A stretch of 63,980 bases of DNA, filler included, from Bonamia ostreae (taxonomy: Eukaryota): the NCBI GenBank assembly GCA_040357525.1. It is 5 parts of 5 records of this genome, joined end to end, with 100 filler letters (N's around TTAATTAATTAA, not from the genome) between each part and the next. Parts side by side here need not be neighbours in the genome. Positions count along the whole stretch, not along the records: positions 28,431 to 42,028 come from JBDODL010000010.1; positions 42,129 to 55,181 come from JBDODL010000011.1; 3 more parts are not named here. One strand, given 5' to 3'. How positions within the stretch are numbered: the first letter of the stretch is position 1; every line of letters begins with the position of its first letter. The notes under the pieces were generated by a model. The model worked only from the letters and a program-made list of their open reading frames with translations, had not been told where the DNA came from and did no database searches. Made by a program: the position numbers and the translations under genes. Below, piece after piece: positions 35,505-47,136 of this stretch.

Positions 35505-38142
35505 ATGCAAGAAAGTGATTATAGCCTCTCTCGAGAGGCCTTTGTTTCTTCGGGTTATGGCTCCCACCAGAAAAGCGTTCAACATCAAATGAAGATCCTG
35601 ACTGACCATTACCTCCACCAATCCAAAAAACTAGTTTTGGTTTTGGACATCGACCACACTTTGCTCCACACCACAAAAAATCCGCACGCAGACATAGCCT
35701 TTAAGAGGAAAGAACTAAGTGACGACATTTTCATGGTTAGCCTAAACCAGTCAAATGGCGACGGCGATGTGACTTATTATGTAAAACTGCGGCCGCACTT
35801 AAAGTTGAATCAGCAAAATTAAAGGAATTTCCTGACCGTGTTGAAAAAGCAGTATTTCATCGTTCTGTATACAAAGGGACTCAGAATTTATTGCCGAAAA
35901 ATATTGGAGATAATCGACCCTGATAACAGCATTATCGAGGAGCGCATGGTTTGTAGAGAAGACCAACCTTCGATTGCCGACCTGAAAACGATTACGGGTC
36001 TTTTCCCTTGTTCAGAGAAAAACGTAATGGTTTGTTTTGTTTAGAGTAGATCGTCGACGATCGGGCCAGCATTTGGAGCAACCAGGGTAATGTCATCCAA
36101 TGCCACAAATTCCATTTTTGGCCGGCTGACCATGCCACTGTGGAAGACCCGGATTTTATACTGGACGAGTACATACAGCAGCAAAACGAGTTGCTTTCTT
36201 TGGGAGAGCGTCCCTTGGACGAAAAATTTTCTATCGATTTATTGTTGGAGCGCAATAAGGACAATGTTCTTAGAACTGTTCTTAACGGTTTTTATCCAAA
36301 TTTTATCAAAATTGCAATTCCAAAAATATTGTTAAATTCACAAAAATTCTGTTTTTATAAATTGCAATTTCAAAATATTGTTTTGATTCACAAAAATTCT
36401 GTTTTTATAAATTGCAATTTCAAAATATTGTTAAATTCACAAAAATTCTGTTTTTATAAATTGCAATTTCGAAAATATTGTTTTGATTCACAAAAATTTG
36501 TTCAAAACAAAATCTCGAAAACTATTAACTTCAAAACAGAACATCAAATTATAATATTCAAAGTTTTGAAAGCGGTGCACAGAATGTACTACAAAACAAA
36601 GAAGGATATGTCGCCTAGAATTCCTACAGACGCAGCGAAAATTCTTAAGTTGTTGAGAAAAAACGTTTTGAAGAACGTAAACGTTGTTTTCTCGGGACTC
36701 TTCCCAATCGATGAGACCCCTGAAAAGCAAAGCATCTGGAAACTCGCAAAAATGTTCGGCGCGCGTTGTTCGGATGTCATCGACTCATCGGTCACTCATT
36801 TGGTTGCGAGGAACCGCGCGACCGAAAAAGTCAATTTCGCCCTTTCTTTGCGCAAAATAAAAGTGGTCGAATCTGCTTGGCTTTTTGACTGCACAGCGCA
36901 TTTTAGGAAAGTCTCCGAAAAGAAGTTTGCTCTCGAACCTTCGAAATCGTCCAAGACTAAACACAAATACGTACGAAATTATGTGTCCAAATCAGTGTCA
37001 GTAAAACATCTTTGTTTCCCATTCACTGATTCGAATTGGGGCAAAAGCAAAATATTCAAATCAAGCGACGAATCAGAAACAAGCAATAAACTGAAGAAAA
37101 GAAAACTCGAGAGCGGCATTTTTGATCAAAAAATCCCAAAAATTGCAAAAAATCGCAATAACGCAAAACCCGAAAACGAGACTGAAAACAAATTTGCAAA
37201 ACATTTTTTGGCCAAAACAAACTTAACTGAGCAAAAAAACTTTGACCAAAACAAATTTTACTACAAAAGCAAAAATTTGGTCGATGAGCCATTCAAACCG
37301 AAAATAAGCGACATCGCCAAATTTGGAAAAAATAATTTTGGCAACTTTAGCCGAAATGTTAGAACAAATTTCGCCAAAAGCGATTTTCGAAATCCTCCTT
37401 CTGCAATAAATTTCTCTGAAGCTAAAACACAAAAAGTTTCAAAATCTTCATAAATTTAAAAGGAATTGCACTTGGAAAAGAACAATAGACAAAATTTCCA
37501 AGCGCCTTCAATATTGAACCAAAATATTCCATCTCTCTGGTTACCAAGAAATGTCTCGTCTTTGAGAAGACCGCCCATTCTCAACAATTTTCTGATTCCG
37601 CCAAATCGCTTTATTCGGCCGCCACTCAATTTTGTTCCCCGCAACGCAAATTTCCCGATAACAAATCGACCGCTGCAAATAAATAGTTTGGTCCGGTTAC
37701 CCCCAAATTTTGAATTGAATCCGAAGCTGAAAGTGTCGAAACAAAGCAGCGGCAACAGAATGGCCAACAAAAATTTTTTCAAAAATGAGCGAAATGAATA
37801 TATTACTACAGAACACCAAACGAAAAAGGAGAAAATAAAATTGACTGACAAATTTGACAATTTGCTATCAGAACATCTCAACGAATTGGACATTGCCAAA
37901 ACTTTTCCAAAACGTTTAGTTTTGAAATTTTTTTTTGCAGTTTAAATTTTCAAAATTTGGCCATTAAAGACAAAATTTGCAAATAAATTTTAGAGGACGA
38001 AACAAAGAAGAAAGAGAGCGAAGAAAAAATTTTGCCGGAAAAGGAAACTGAGTTGGAAGAAAAAGTGGAAACTTTTATTGAAGAGGGGGAAGTGATAGAA
38101 GAAGGAGAAGTGGTATCAGAGATTTCAATGAGAAGAAAATAA
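35505..38142 (+). CDS. FCP1: RNA Pol II CTD phosphatase FCP1 (FCPH + BRCT)
   Basis: LVLVLDIDHTLLHT (DxDxT), YVKLRP, IVDDRASIW, BRCT VVFSGLFP...FGARC...VTHLVA...VVESAWLFDC; acidic tail EEGEVIEEGEV. True start may lie further upstream. Confidence 0.92.
36311..36498. repeat. Intronic minisatellite, 50-bp unit, about 4 copies
   Basis: attgcaatttcaaaatattgtt...cacaaaaattctgtttttataa at 36361, 36411 etc., inside FCP1 intron 36288-36563. Confidence 0.9.
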
Positions 38143-38190
38143 ATTTTTAAATTTTGAAAATCCGTAAATTTTAAGTTATTTGTCAAAAAC

Positions 38191-39111
38191 ATGACTGATT
38201 TTTTAAGGAAAGAAGGGAATTTGAAATTGATTTCAAACGATAACAGATTTGTTATAGTTTCGAAGAAAATCGCTGTTATCAGCGATTTTATTAAAAGTAT
38301 GTTAAACTCAGGTTTAATGATAAAATTTTTATGTCAAATTTGTTTTCATAATTCAAATTTTGAGATTAAAAAGACAAAAAAATTTTACAAAAAAAATTAG
38401 ACAAAAATTGTATTGAAATCAAATTGGAAAAATTTGATTACAAAACTTTAGCAGCAGTCGCCGAATATATGGTTTTGTACGACAACGATCCACCAGAACA
38501 AATTTGCATTCCAGTCGCTTCAAACAATATCGACGAAAACGTTTCGAAGCGATGGGAAAGCGACTTCATTAGAGATCAAACAATTGAAGAAACTGTTCAA
38601 CTCATTAAAATCGCTAATTTCATCGCTCTCCGATCTCTACAAGATCTTGCTTGCGCTAGAATTGCAACTCTAATGATTGGTTTTAGCTTTTGGCAATTTT
38701 TGATTCTTAAATTTTTTAGTTTTGTTAAATTTTAAACTTTTTTATTGTAAAATCTTGTAGTTTTTTGTAAATTTTTTAGTTTTATTAAATTTTGAAGTTT
38801 TTTATTGTAAAATCTTGTAGTTTTTTGTAAATTTTTTAGTTTTATTAAATTTTGAAGTTTTTTATTGTAAAATCTTGTAGTTTTTTGTAAATTTTGAAGT
38901 TTTTTTTGTAAATTTTTTAGTTTTATTAAATTTTGAAGTTTTTTATTGTAAAATTTTTTAGTTTTATTAAATTTTGAAGTTTATTATTGTAAAATTTGAA
39001 AAAGGAAAAAGTTTGGGCCAAGTGAGAAGCCTGTTTAACATCGAAAAGGATTTCGACTTTAAAGAGGAAATGGAATTAAAGCGGCAATATCTGTGGGCCA
39101 TTTATAACTAA
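38191..39111 (+). CDS. SKP1: Skp1-family protein
   Basis: LISNDN...ISDFIKSML, WESDFI, LIKIANFIALRSLQDLACARIATLMIGKSLGQVRSLFNIEKDF...QYLWA. Confidence 0.88.
38735..39000. repeat. Intronic minisatellite, 60-bp unit
   Basis: 38761-38820 and 38821-38880 are identical; degenerate copies flank them, inside Skp1 intron 38680-39004. Confidence 0.95.
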
Positions 39112-39121
39112 ACTGAAAATT

Positions 39122-39704
39122 TTAATTTTGGCCATTTATTGCTTCGACCGGCTTCGTCGAAAGACCATTTCTGTTTTCATATGACATAAATCCTATCCAC
39201 GGCATCACGTTCCACCGCAAAGCAAGCCGGAATTTGCCTTCGTTCAACTTCTCGTCATATTCTTCTATTCTATATTTATTTCGGACTTTGAAAAGCTTCA
39301 AATTTGAATCTTTTTTCCTCTGAATAATTTTGTCCCAAATGACATATTCGGGGAAGTCCCCTTCTTCGGGGATTATCGCAACGTAAACAAAAATCTGTTT
39401 GACGTTCCAAGTGAACATTGACCGAAAATCTTTTTTAGCAATAAAAATTTGGCAAACCCGCTTTGAGGTTGAACCTCAAATTTCTGAGATATAATATTTT
39501 ATTGTTTGTAACGTAATTTTTCATTCCAGACCATTCCGGACTACTCTTTTTGCTAAGCCACAGTTTATGTGGGATTTCGGGCTCTGGAAATCTCTTATAA
39601 ATCGCCATATAGTTATCAGAAGCCCAGCTGCAAAATCCGAAGAACAGCAAAACTGAAATGTAAAAAGTAGTTATACTGCTTCCTCTTTTGAGAAAAGTGT
39701 TCAT
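39122..39704 (-). CDS. SPCS3: Signal peptidase complex subunit 3 (SPC22/23)
   Basis: MNTFLKR + TM segment; spliced FNLKADFRSMFTWNVKQIFVYV; VIWDKII; LRWNVMPWIG. Confidence 0.92.
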
Positions 39705-39771
39705 CTGATGTTGTCTAAATACGCTAAATAGTGACACAGTTTAATATAATTTAATTTAGGAATTTGGATTG

Positions 39772-40193
39772 ATGGTTGAAAGCATAAACAGTTATTATGA
39801 CGTTTTAAAAGTAAGTCGAAGTGCGACCAAATCTGAAATAAAAGATGGCTACAAAAAGTTAATGCTTTTGTACCATCCTGACAAATCGCCAAATTGCGAA
39901 AATGCCAAAATTTTGAAAATAATTGAAGCTTTTTCCATTTTGAACGATGATCAAAAACGGAAAGAATACAATGCTAGTTTAAAAATGGCGGAAAACAAAA
40001 ATTTGAAAAATCTCAGATTTAGCCAAAATTTAGAAAATTCGGAGAGAATGAAGTTTGAGCAAATTTGCCGGTTTTTTATTTTTCGAATTTTAAAACGGAA
40101 ATTTTTAGATGTGGTGACAAAGTAAAGATCGACAAAAATTTGGGCGAAATTTTTGAATGTCCTTCTTGTTCTTTATGTTTCTCAATAAATTAA
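39772..40193 (+). CDS. DPH4: J-domain protein with CSL zinc finger (DPH4/DNAJC24-like)
   Basis: YYDVL...LLYHPDK J domain; after one intron CRCGD...ECPSCSL. Confidence 0.85.
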
Positions 40194-40296
40194 TTGAAAT
40201 TTCTTTTTTGACGACATTTAATAAAATAAATTTTGACATTTGATAATTAATAAAATATCAGTCAAAAATGTTAAAAAGAGTAAAAAATTTAATCTT

Positions 40297-41130
40297 TCAT
40301 CTTATCTTCGACAAAATATTTTGTTTGATCACCGAATTGACATATTCGTCGTCAAACGCCATTAATTCATACGGCGGCATTCCATTAGTCTTTTTTTGCC
40401 ATTTTTCGCTCATTTTAAAATTTTGTTTCGAAACATATTCTTTCACGTAATCTGCGAGCATCATCAACGCGTAAGTTTCTTGCAATTTCGAAAACGTCTT
40501 AAAAGCTGGATTCGGTTGCGTTTTGTACCATTTGTTAAACTTAAACAGTCCTTTCTCTACTCCAAACGCTTCCATAATTTTTTTCGTTTCTTTGTACTTT
40601 CATTTCGAAAAAATTTCGTAAAAAAAAGTTTCAAAATTTGCAAAAGAAAATCAAAATTCGCAAAAATTTAATTGTCGAAATTTCGCAAAATAAAGTTTCA
40701 AAATTTGCAAAAATTTAATTGTCGAAATGAGCAAAAACATTATAATTAAGTTTTCTGAGCGAAGATTGTAATTTTTCTAAATCAGAAGATTTTGCCAAAT
40801 TTGGTTGTCTTTGCAAAACTTTATCGAGCATGAGATATCTGTCCTCTAAAGTTTCTCTTAAATCTCTGATTGCGGCATTGTCTTCTTTGGAATTCATCAT
40901 ATTTTCTCTAATTTCGTTTTGGATGGTTTTTGTGTGTTCTCTGTAATTTTCGAATGTCAGATTTCCGTCATATTTGCCGTACAATTTTAATAGTTTTTTT
41001 TCTAATTTTGGTGTCCAATTAATTGGTCTTTTTTAAAAAAAATATAACTTTAGAGATTGAAATAATTGTTTTGCTTTTTTGAGCATTCTGTCTAAATTCT
41101 TTATTTCTTCGTTGTATACTAAAAGTTTAA
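40297..41130 (-). CDS. Hypothetical protein, multi-exon
   Basis: ORFs 40715-40984 and 40297-40575 separated by a repeat-rich intron. No family recognised; start approximate. Confidence 0.5.
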
Positions 41131-41454
41131 TAAAATGTCCTTCATTCTGAAATTAGTTTCTGTAAACAATTTAATGGCTTTAAAATTATTACAATTAAGA
41201 CTGTAAAATTACAGTCGATCTTTAAATGTTTTCGACAAAAATATTTACAATTTTGTTCTTAATTTTATTTTTTAACAAAATTGACAAAAAAACAAAATTA
41301 ACAAAAATTAAAAAATTTACAAAAATCGGCAAAAATTATTATCTTCGAAAAGAAAGCATTATTGACTAAAAAAGTATTTTAGCTTTTGAAAGCTTACTTA
41401 CATATATCACATATAACAAGATAATAAAACAAAAAGAAATCAAAGCTTTAAAAA

Positions 41455-42028
41455 ATGAATCGTTTAATTAAATGCAATTTATACAAAACAAAACGATCAA
41501 TGACTAAAAATTTTCTTCATAAAAATCATCGCCGCTTTTTCTTCAAAGAAATTGACGAAAACACGATGGCGAAAAGAATAGTTTAATTAAAAAAAAATTA
41601 GGTTGTATTGACATTACTAAACAGTGCTCTGTTCACCTTTATTTACTACAGGTACATGAGCAACAAAAAAAATATGAATGAAGAAATGAAAAAAATAATT
41701 GACAAAAAAAATGTCGCAAACAACGGCGACAAACAACCTGCAATTGGTGGTAACTGGACATTGATCGACCAAAATGGCGATAAAGTTAGTAACTTTTCTT
41801 TTCGTGGAAAATATGTCTTATTATATTTTGGGTTTAGCAATTGTCCCGAAATCTGTCCACGCGAATTGAGAAAACTAGAAAAAGTATTAAAGAAAATAGG
41901 ACGGAAAAAAGATCAACTTCAGCCGATCTTTGTTTCTGTCGATCCGAATAGGGACAGCCCGGAAAGGTTAAAACAGTTTTTGGCCGATTATGATGAAAAG
42001 ATCATCGGTGTTACTGGTAATAATGAGG
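41455..42028 (+). CDS. SCO1: SCO1/SenC copper chaperone for cytochrome c oxidase, 3'-truncated
   Basis: Basic presequence-like N-terminus, TM segment, IGGNWTLIDQNG, LLYFGFSNCPEICPREL (CxxxC), PIFVSVDPNRD. Confidence 0.93.
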
Positions 42029-42714
42029 NNNNNNNNNNNNNNNNNNNNNNNNNNNNNNNNNNNNNNNNNNNNTTAATTAATTAANNNNNNNNNNNNNNNN
42101 NNNNNNNNNNNNNNNNNNNNNNNNNNNNTTATAGGAAATACTGCAGGGAATAATAGAATTCTGCGTTTTTGGTGGAATTGAGAGAAAACCAAAAAAAATC
42201 TGTAAAGTGGCTGATTCGAAACGCTAAACATTGAGATGCGTAATATGACGCCTCTTACTTCCAGGGAGTCATATAATGACTCATGTATCAGTTTTTAGAC
42301 TATCGATATTATAATGATCCTGATGTTCAAACAAGTCTAAGATGACCATTTATTATAAATTTCAGATCAAGGAATTCAGATATAATGAAAACCTATGAAA
42401 ATAATGCAAAATCAGATAAAAAAAATAGAACGATTTTACATATGATCATTTTATTTTGAACACATTTTTCAGATCCAGATTTTAATTCTTCTGTACAACT
42501 GGCCGTCATTTTCTCTTTCCATTTGCAATTTAGTCGAATATACTAGGGCAGTCTATTAATTTGGAAAGGAGCGTATTTACAAATGTGGGATGTCTCCAAC
42601 TGTATCCATGTGCATAAAACTTAATCCCATTAAAAATATCGCAACGGCGTTATAAACAACGAATGCTTAGTTATTAAACGAATTGTATATTATAAACTTT
42701 AAACTAACAGCAAA

Positions 42715-44813
42715 ATGCAAAAGTTGGTGCCGGTTACAAATAAACTGCAAGATATTTTCTCAACACTCCATTCAAGTCCGCTCCTTTTGGACTTGCCACA
42801 AATCGTTGTCGTCGGAAACCAAGTACTTTTATTCACCTTCGCCAGTCTTCCGGTAAAAGCTCGGTACTAGAAAGCTTTGTGGGGAGGGACTTTCTTCCCA
42901 GAAACAAAGGTATTTGCACAAGACGGCCGCTGATCCTGCAGCTGGTTTCCTCGAAGGAGGCAGTGCGCGAGTACGGGGTCTTCTTGCACCAGGAGGAAAA
43001 ACGCTACTCCGACTTTTCCAAGATAAGAGAGGAGATAATCGTTTTTCCCCTCATCAGCAGAACCTGACGGAAAAAGAGGCCGGCAAAGGCAAAGGCGTCA
43101 ACGAGAGGCCCATCGTCCTGAAGGTCTTCTCGGAAAAGTTCATCGACCTGACGCTAGTGGACCTGCCCGGCATAACGAAGGTGGCTGTGGGCGATCAGCC
43201 CACCGACATCGAGGAGAAGATCCGCGGCATCGTGAAGTCCTACGCGGAGAAGCCCAACACGCTAATCCTGGCGGTTATCCCCGCGAACGTGGACATCGCA
43301 ACCTCCGACGCGCTCAAGATCGCGAAGGAGCTGGACCCCCACAGCAAGCGCACGGTCGGAGTGCTCACGAAGGTTGACCTGATGGACAAGGGGGAGTCTG
43401 TCCGCGACATCTTGGGCGGAAAAGGTTTGCAGACACATCTTCAGTCTTCCCGCTCCGACACGGATACGTCGCCGTCAGGAACAGGTCGCAGTCTGAAATC
43501 GCGCTGAACGTCTCCGTGGCAGAAGGGCTGGAAAGAGAAAGGCGCTTCTTCGCAGACAACGCCCTATACAGGTTTCGCTCGCAACGCCAAGCGCCCTCGC
43601 GGAGCACACGGGCTCGGCGCGCCTCGCGGAGCGCCTCAGCCGGATCCTGGTGGCGCACATCAGAGCATTCCTTCCCGGGCTGCGGCTGCACGTCAGACGG
43701 ATGTCGGCAGAAGTGGAGAAGCGGCTCCGCAAAGTTAAGCTTTTTACGTCTTTGAAGTTCGGTGCAGACCCCTCCGACGGCAAAGGCGCCAAGCCGGCCA
43801 CGCTGCTCGCGGCGATCTCCAAGTACGCGAACAAGTTCAACGACGCGATCGAGGGGAAGGAGAAAGACGCCATCGCCAAGAAGGAGCTGTACGGCGGAGC
43901 GCGGATTTCAAAGATCTTCCACCAGGACTTCGCCGCGCAGGTGCTGCGGATCGACCCCTTCGACCAGCTGCGGAACGAGGAAATCAGCACCGCGATCCGA
44001 AACGCGAAGGTTGTCACCTCCACCTCAGGGCACCAAGCCGTCTCTCTTTGTGCCCGAGCTGTCCTTCGAGATCCTCTCGAAAAGCCAGATCGCGCGCCTG
44101 AGGGAGCCCGCGCAGCACTGCGTCGAAATGGTCTTCAACGAGCTCCAGAAAGTGTCCCTGAACTGCTCCGCGGCGGAGCTGCGGCGCTACTCGAAACTGA
44201 AGGAGAAAATTGCAGACTGCGTCGGCGACGTGCTCAGGGAGAATAAGAAGCCGGCGGTGGAGATGGTGGACCGCATCATCGATTGCGAACTGGCCTACGT
44301 GAACACCAACCACCCCGACTTTGTAGGTTTGATTTGACACCGAAGGCGGCAGCGAGGCGGTGCCCGTCGCGCTCGACAAAGCCAGGAGGGACGAAGCGCT
44401 CCGGGCGAAAAGCCTGGATGGCGCGGACGCGAAGGAGCAGAGGGGGAGCTCGCAGGCGCTGGAGAGGAAGTCGCTGAACAGACAGTCGATTGAGATCGAA
44501 ATAATAAGTTTCCATCGCAACTCCTAGAATCGCTGATCGCCTCCTACTTCCAGATCGTGAGGAAGAACGTGATGGACAGCGTCCCGAAAGCGATAATGAT
44601 GTTTCTGGTAAACAAGACGAAGGAAGACTTGCAGAGCAAGCTCGTCTCCGCGATGTACCGTGAAGAAATGGTTCGAATCTCTATTTAAAGATCGACGATC
44701 TTCTGGAAGAAGAAGCGGAGGTCTACGCCGAGAGGGCCCGGCAGAAAGAAATGCTCTCCGTTCTGCAGAAGGCGCTAAAGACTATCGAGGGAATCAGAGA
44801 GTTTAAAGTGTGA
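42715..44813 (+). CDS. Dynamin-related GTPase (Drp1/Vps1 type, no PH domain)
   Basis: [20 protein letters not shown] after intron 42823-42845; [54 protein letters not shown]; about 9 introns of 19-24 nt. Confidence 0.96.
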
Positions 44814-45149
44814 AGTTGTAAATTTTATCCCATCTCATTTTTTGTGTCAACTATTTTTGTGTCATCAGTCTCATTTTTGTACCATCAATCTCGGCTTGAA
44901 ATCTCTCTTCATTCAAAATCCACATTAACGGCGAAAAGAACATCAGGTCGCGAAACATGGACTGGCCCATTGCGCTAATGAATTGTACAAATTTATTTTT
45001 TATTTGTATCTCTTAGGGAATATTACAGTGTAACAAGAGGATAGAATAATTAGATAAAGATAAAATCTTTTTTTGGATTAAAAAAGATTTTCTTTTTTGA
45101 TCGGAAATTTTTTTCGATCTTCGTTTAATAAAATTTCAGTTTGTTGTTT

Positions 45150-45959
45150 TCATTAGAATTCTAGGACATTTATTTTTCTGAGTTTGTATCCTTTACATTC
45201 AATCATAAAGTGTCTGTTAGTTTCATTTTCGTTGCATTTTTAATTGGTTTTAATTTGTAAAAAAAGATCTGTTTGGTGGCAATACGCTTAGTCTGATTTT
45301 TAATTGATTCCATTTAAGTAGTGCTACAGGATTCGCACGGTATTTCAGAGTCATATTCTAAAAGAGGTCTTATTGTTGTTTTGTTGAAAGTAATTGGTAT
45401 GTCTGCGGAAATTTAATTTTCCAATCCATTTTACATCTTTCAGCAATCATTTTCCATGTTAATTTTTCGAAAAATGCACATAAATATTTTGCTTTTACTC
45501 TTCGATCTAGTTTGTTCCCTCCTATGATTATATCAGCTATTTAATTTACCCAAAGCCCAGACACTACTTGAACACTCCGGTATGCGTCTGGAAGCAAAGA
45601 CATTCAAAGGCGTATACATAGCCGGCACAATATAGACTTTTAAACTCAAGAGAGGCATTTCGAGTGGCAGGGTTGACACTCAAGCTTCGGACGACTTATT
45701 CGTTAAGTTTAGAATGGATCTAAGGTCTTTGTTTCTTCTATGGCTAAGATATCATCTGCATAAGAAATTTATCAATCAGGTTGAATTTAATTTATGTGGA
45801 AGTTGAACAGTGACAGACTTGAGCAAGCTCCTTGTGGGACCCATTGGAAATTTTGGTTCATCCGACAAAATATTTTAATCTCAGATATTTATGGGTCTTA
45901 GACATTTTCTTAATCTGTTAGTTGATATTCTGTAAAAAATCTTTATTAATGTTTGTTCA
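45150..45959 (-). mobile_element. Degenerate non-LTR retrotransposon reverse transcriptase remnant
   Basis: Minus-strand motifs VPQGACSSLSLFNFHIN (~45790-45842), SYADDIL (~45746-45766), AKYLCAFFEKLTWK, IRPLLEY, SIKNQTKRIAT, with stops and frameshifts. Confidence 0.85.
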
Positions 45960-46059
45960 NNNNNNNNNNNNNNNNNNNNNNNNNNNNNNNNNNNNNNNNN
46001 NNNNNNNNNNNNNNNNNNNNNNNNNNNNNNNNNNNNNNNNNNNNNNNNNNNNNNNNNNN

Positions 46060-47080
46060 GTAAAGTTCAAGGACCGATTATTCGTGTAAATGTGACCCCG
46101 CAATTGATTCGTTGCTGATTTTATCAGTCATCAATTTCGATGTCTCTGTTCATCAATTTGGTATTGATTGCTGTTGTTGGTTTATGCGAATTTTATTCAT
46201 CTTTTGTTGGTTTATGGACTACAGCAGACTGGAATCGAACATTATATTTTTGATATGAATAAATACAGTTAATGCTCCGATACTCAATCCGGACAAATCT
46301 AAGTAAAACTACAAAATTTGCAAAGAAAGCAAAAATAACATGGGAAAAGCTACTCACAGCCAACATAAATTGGATCCATCAACAATTTATTCATAGTTCA
46401 ACAAGAACAGGACAATAACCTGCAACCACAGTAATTGTACAGAATCAGGGAAATTTTTCAAGAAAGAAAAACCGTTCATCAAAAAATAGAAGACTTCAAA
46501 TTCTGATAATGTAAAAACGCAAAAAAAGATGAATCGTCGACAAAATATTTGTAACATGCTGTAAAGAACCACGAATATTTGTAAAGAAGCAAAAACTTTT
46601 TACGCAAAAGAAAAAAAGGAAATTTGTCACACATCGAATTCAAAAAACTACAAATGAACTAGAAACGAATGAAGAATTTGAAGGAAAATGTTCCAACTGA
46701 AAGAAAAGACCAATCTGATCAAAAATCTGAACAAGAAAGCCTCGACAACTTTTGTGAACTTGAAGATGCAGCATACGAATATTAGTTTTAAACTCCAAGA
46801 AAATTAAAGCAAATATTTGGACACTGCCAAAACTGGACACTTCAGCATCAAATGGGAAAACGAAGTAGTTTGTATAAAAAGCATCGAAAGACATAAAGCG
46901 CCATGTCTTTCACAAAGAAAGGAAAGAAAGATTTCAAAAAATGGATTATCAAGAAACTTGAAATTGTAAAGTAGTCACGGGGTCGACCGACGACAGCATA
47001 TTTTTTAAGTTTGACAAGAAAAACAGCAGAAGGAAGCCAAACAATAGTGACTCTGCAAAATTAGTCAAAACCAATACATT
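46060..47080 (+). mobile_element. Probable decayed retroelement sequence
   Basis: A-rich broken reading frames. NKKASTTFVNLKMQHTNI weakly recalls the RLRTGH region near the C-terminus of LINE ORF2. Confidence 0.3.
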
Positions 47081-47136
47081 TAGCCCAAAGTTAATATATC
47101 CCAAAACCTAAATTAGAAAACTAGTGCGCCTCGAAA

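Noticed and set aside
42129-42660. Possible decayed protease or TE fragment
   Set aside because: Only faint motif-like words in broken frames; not enough to call.
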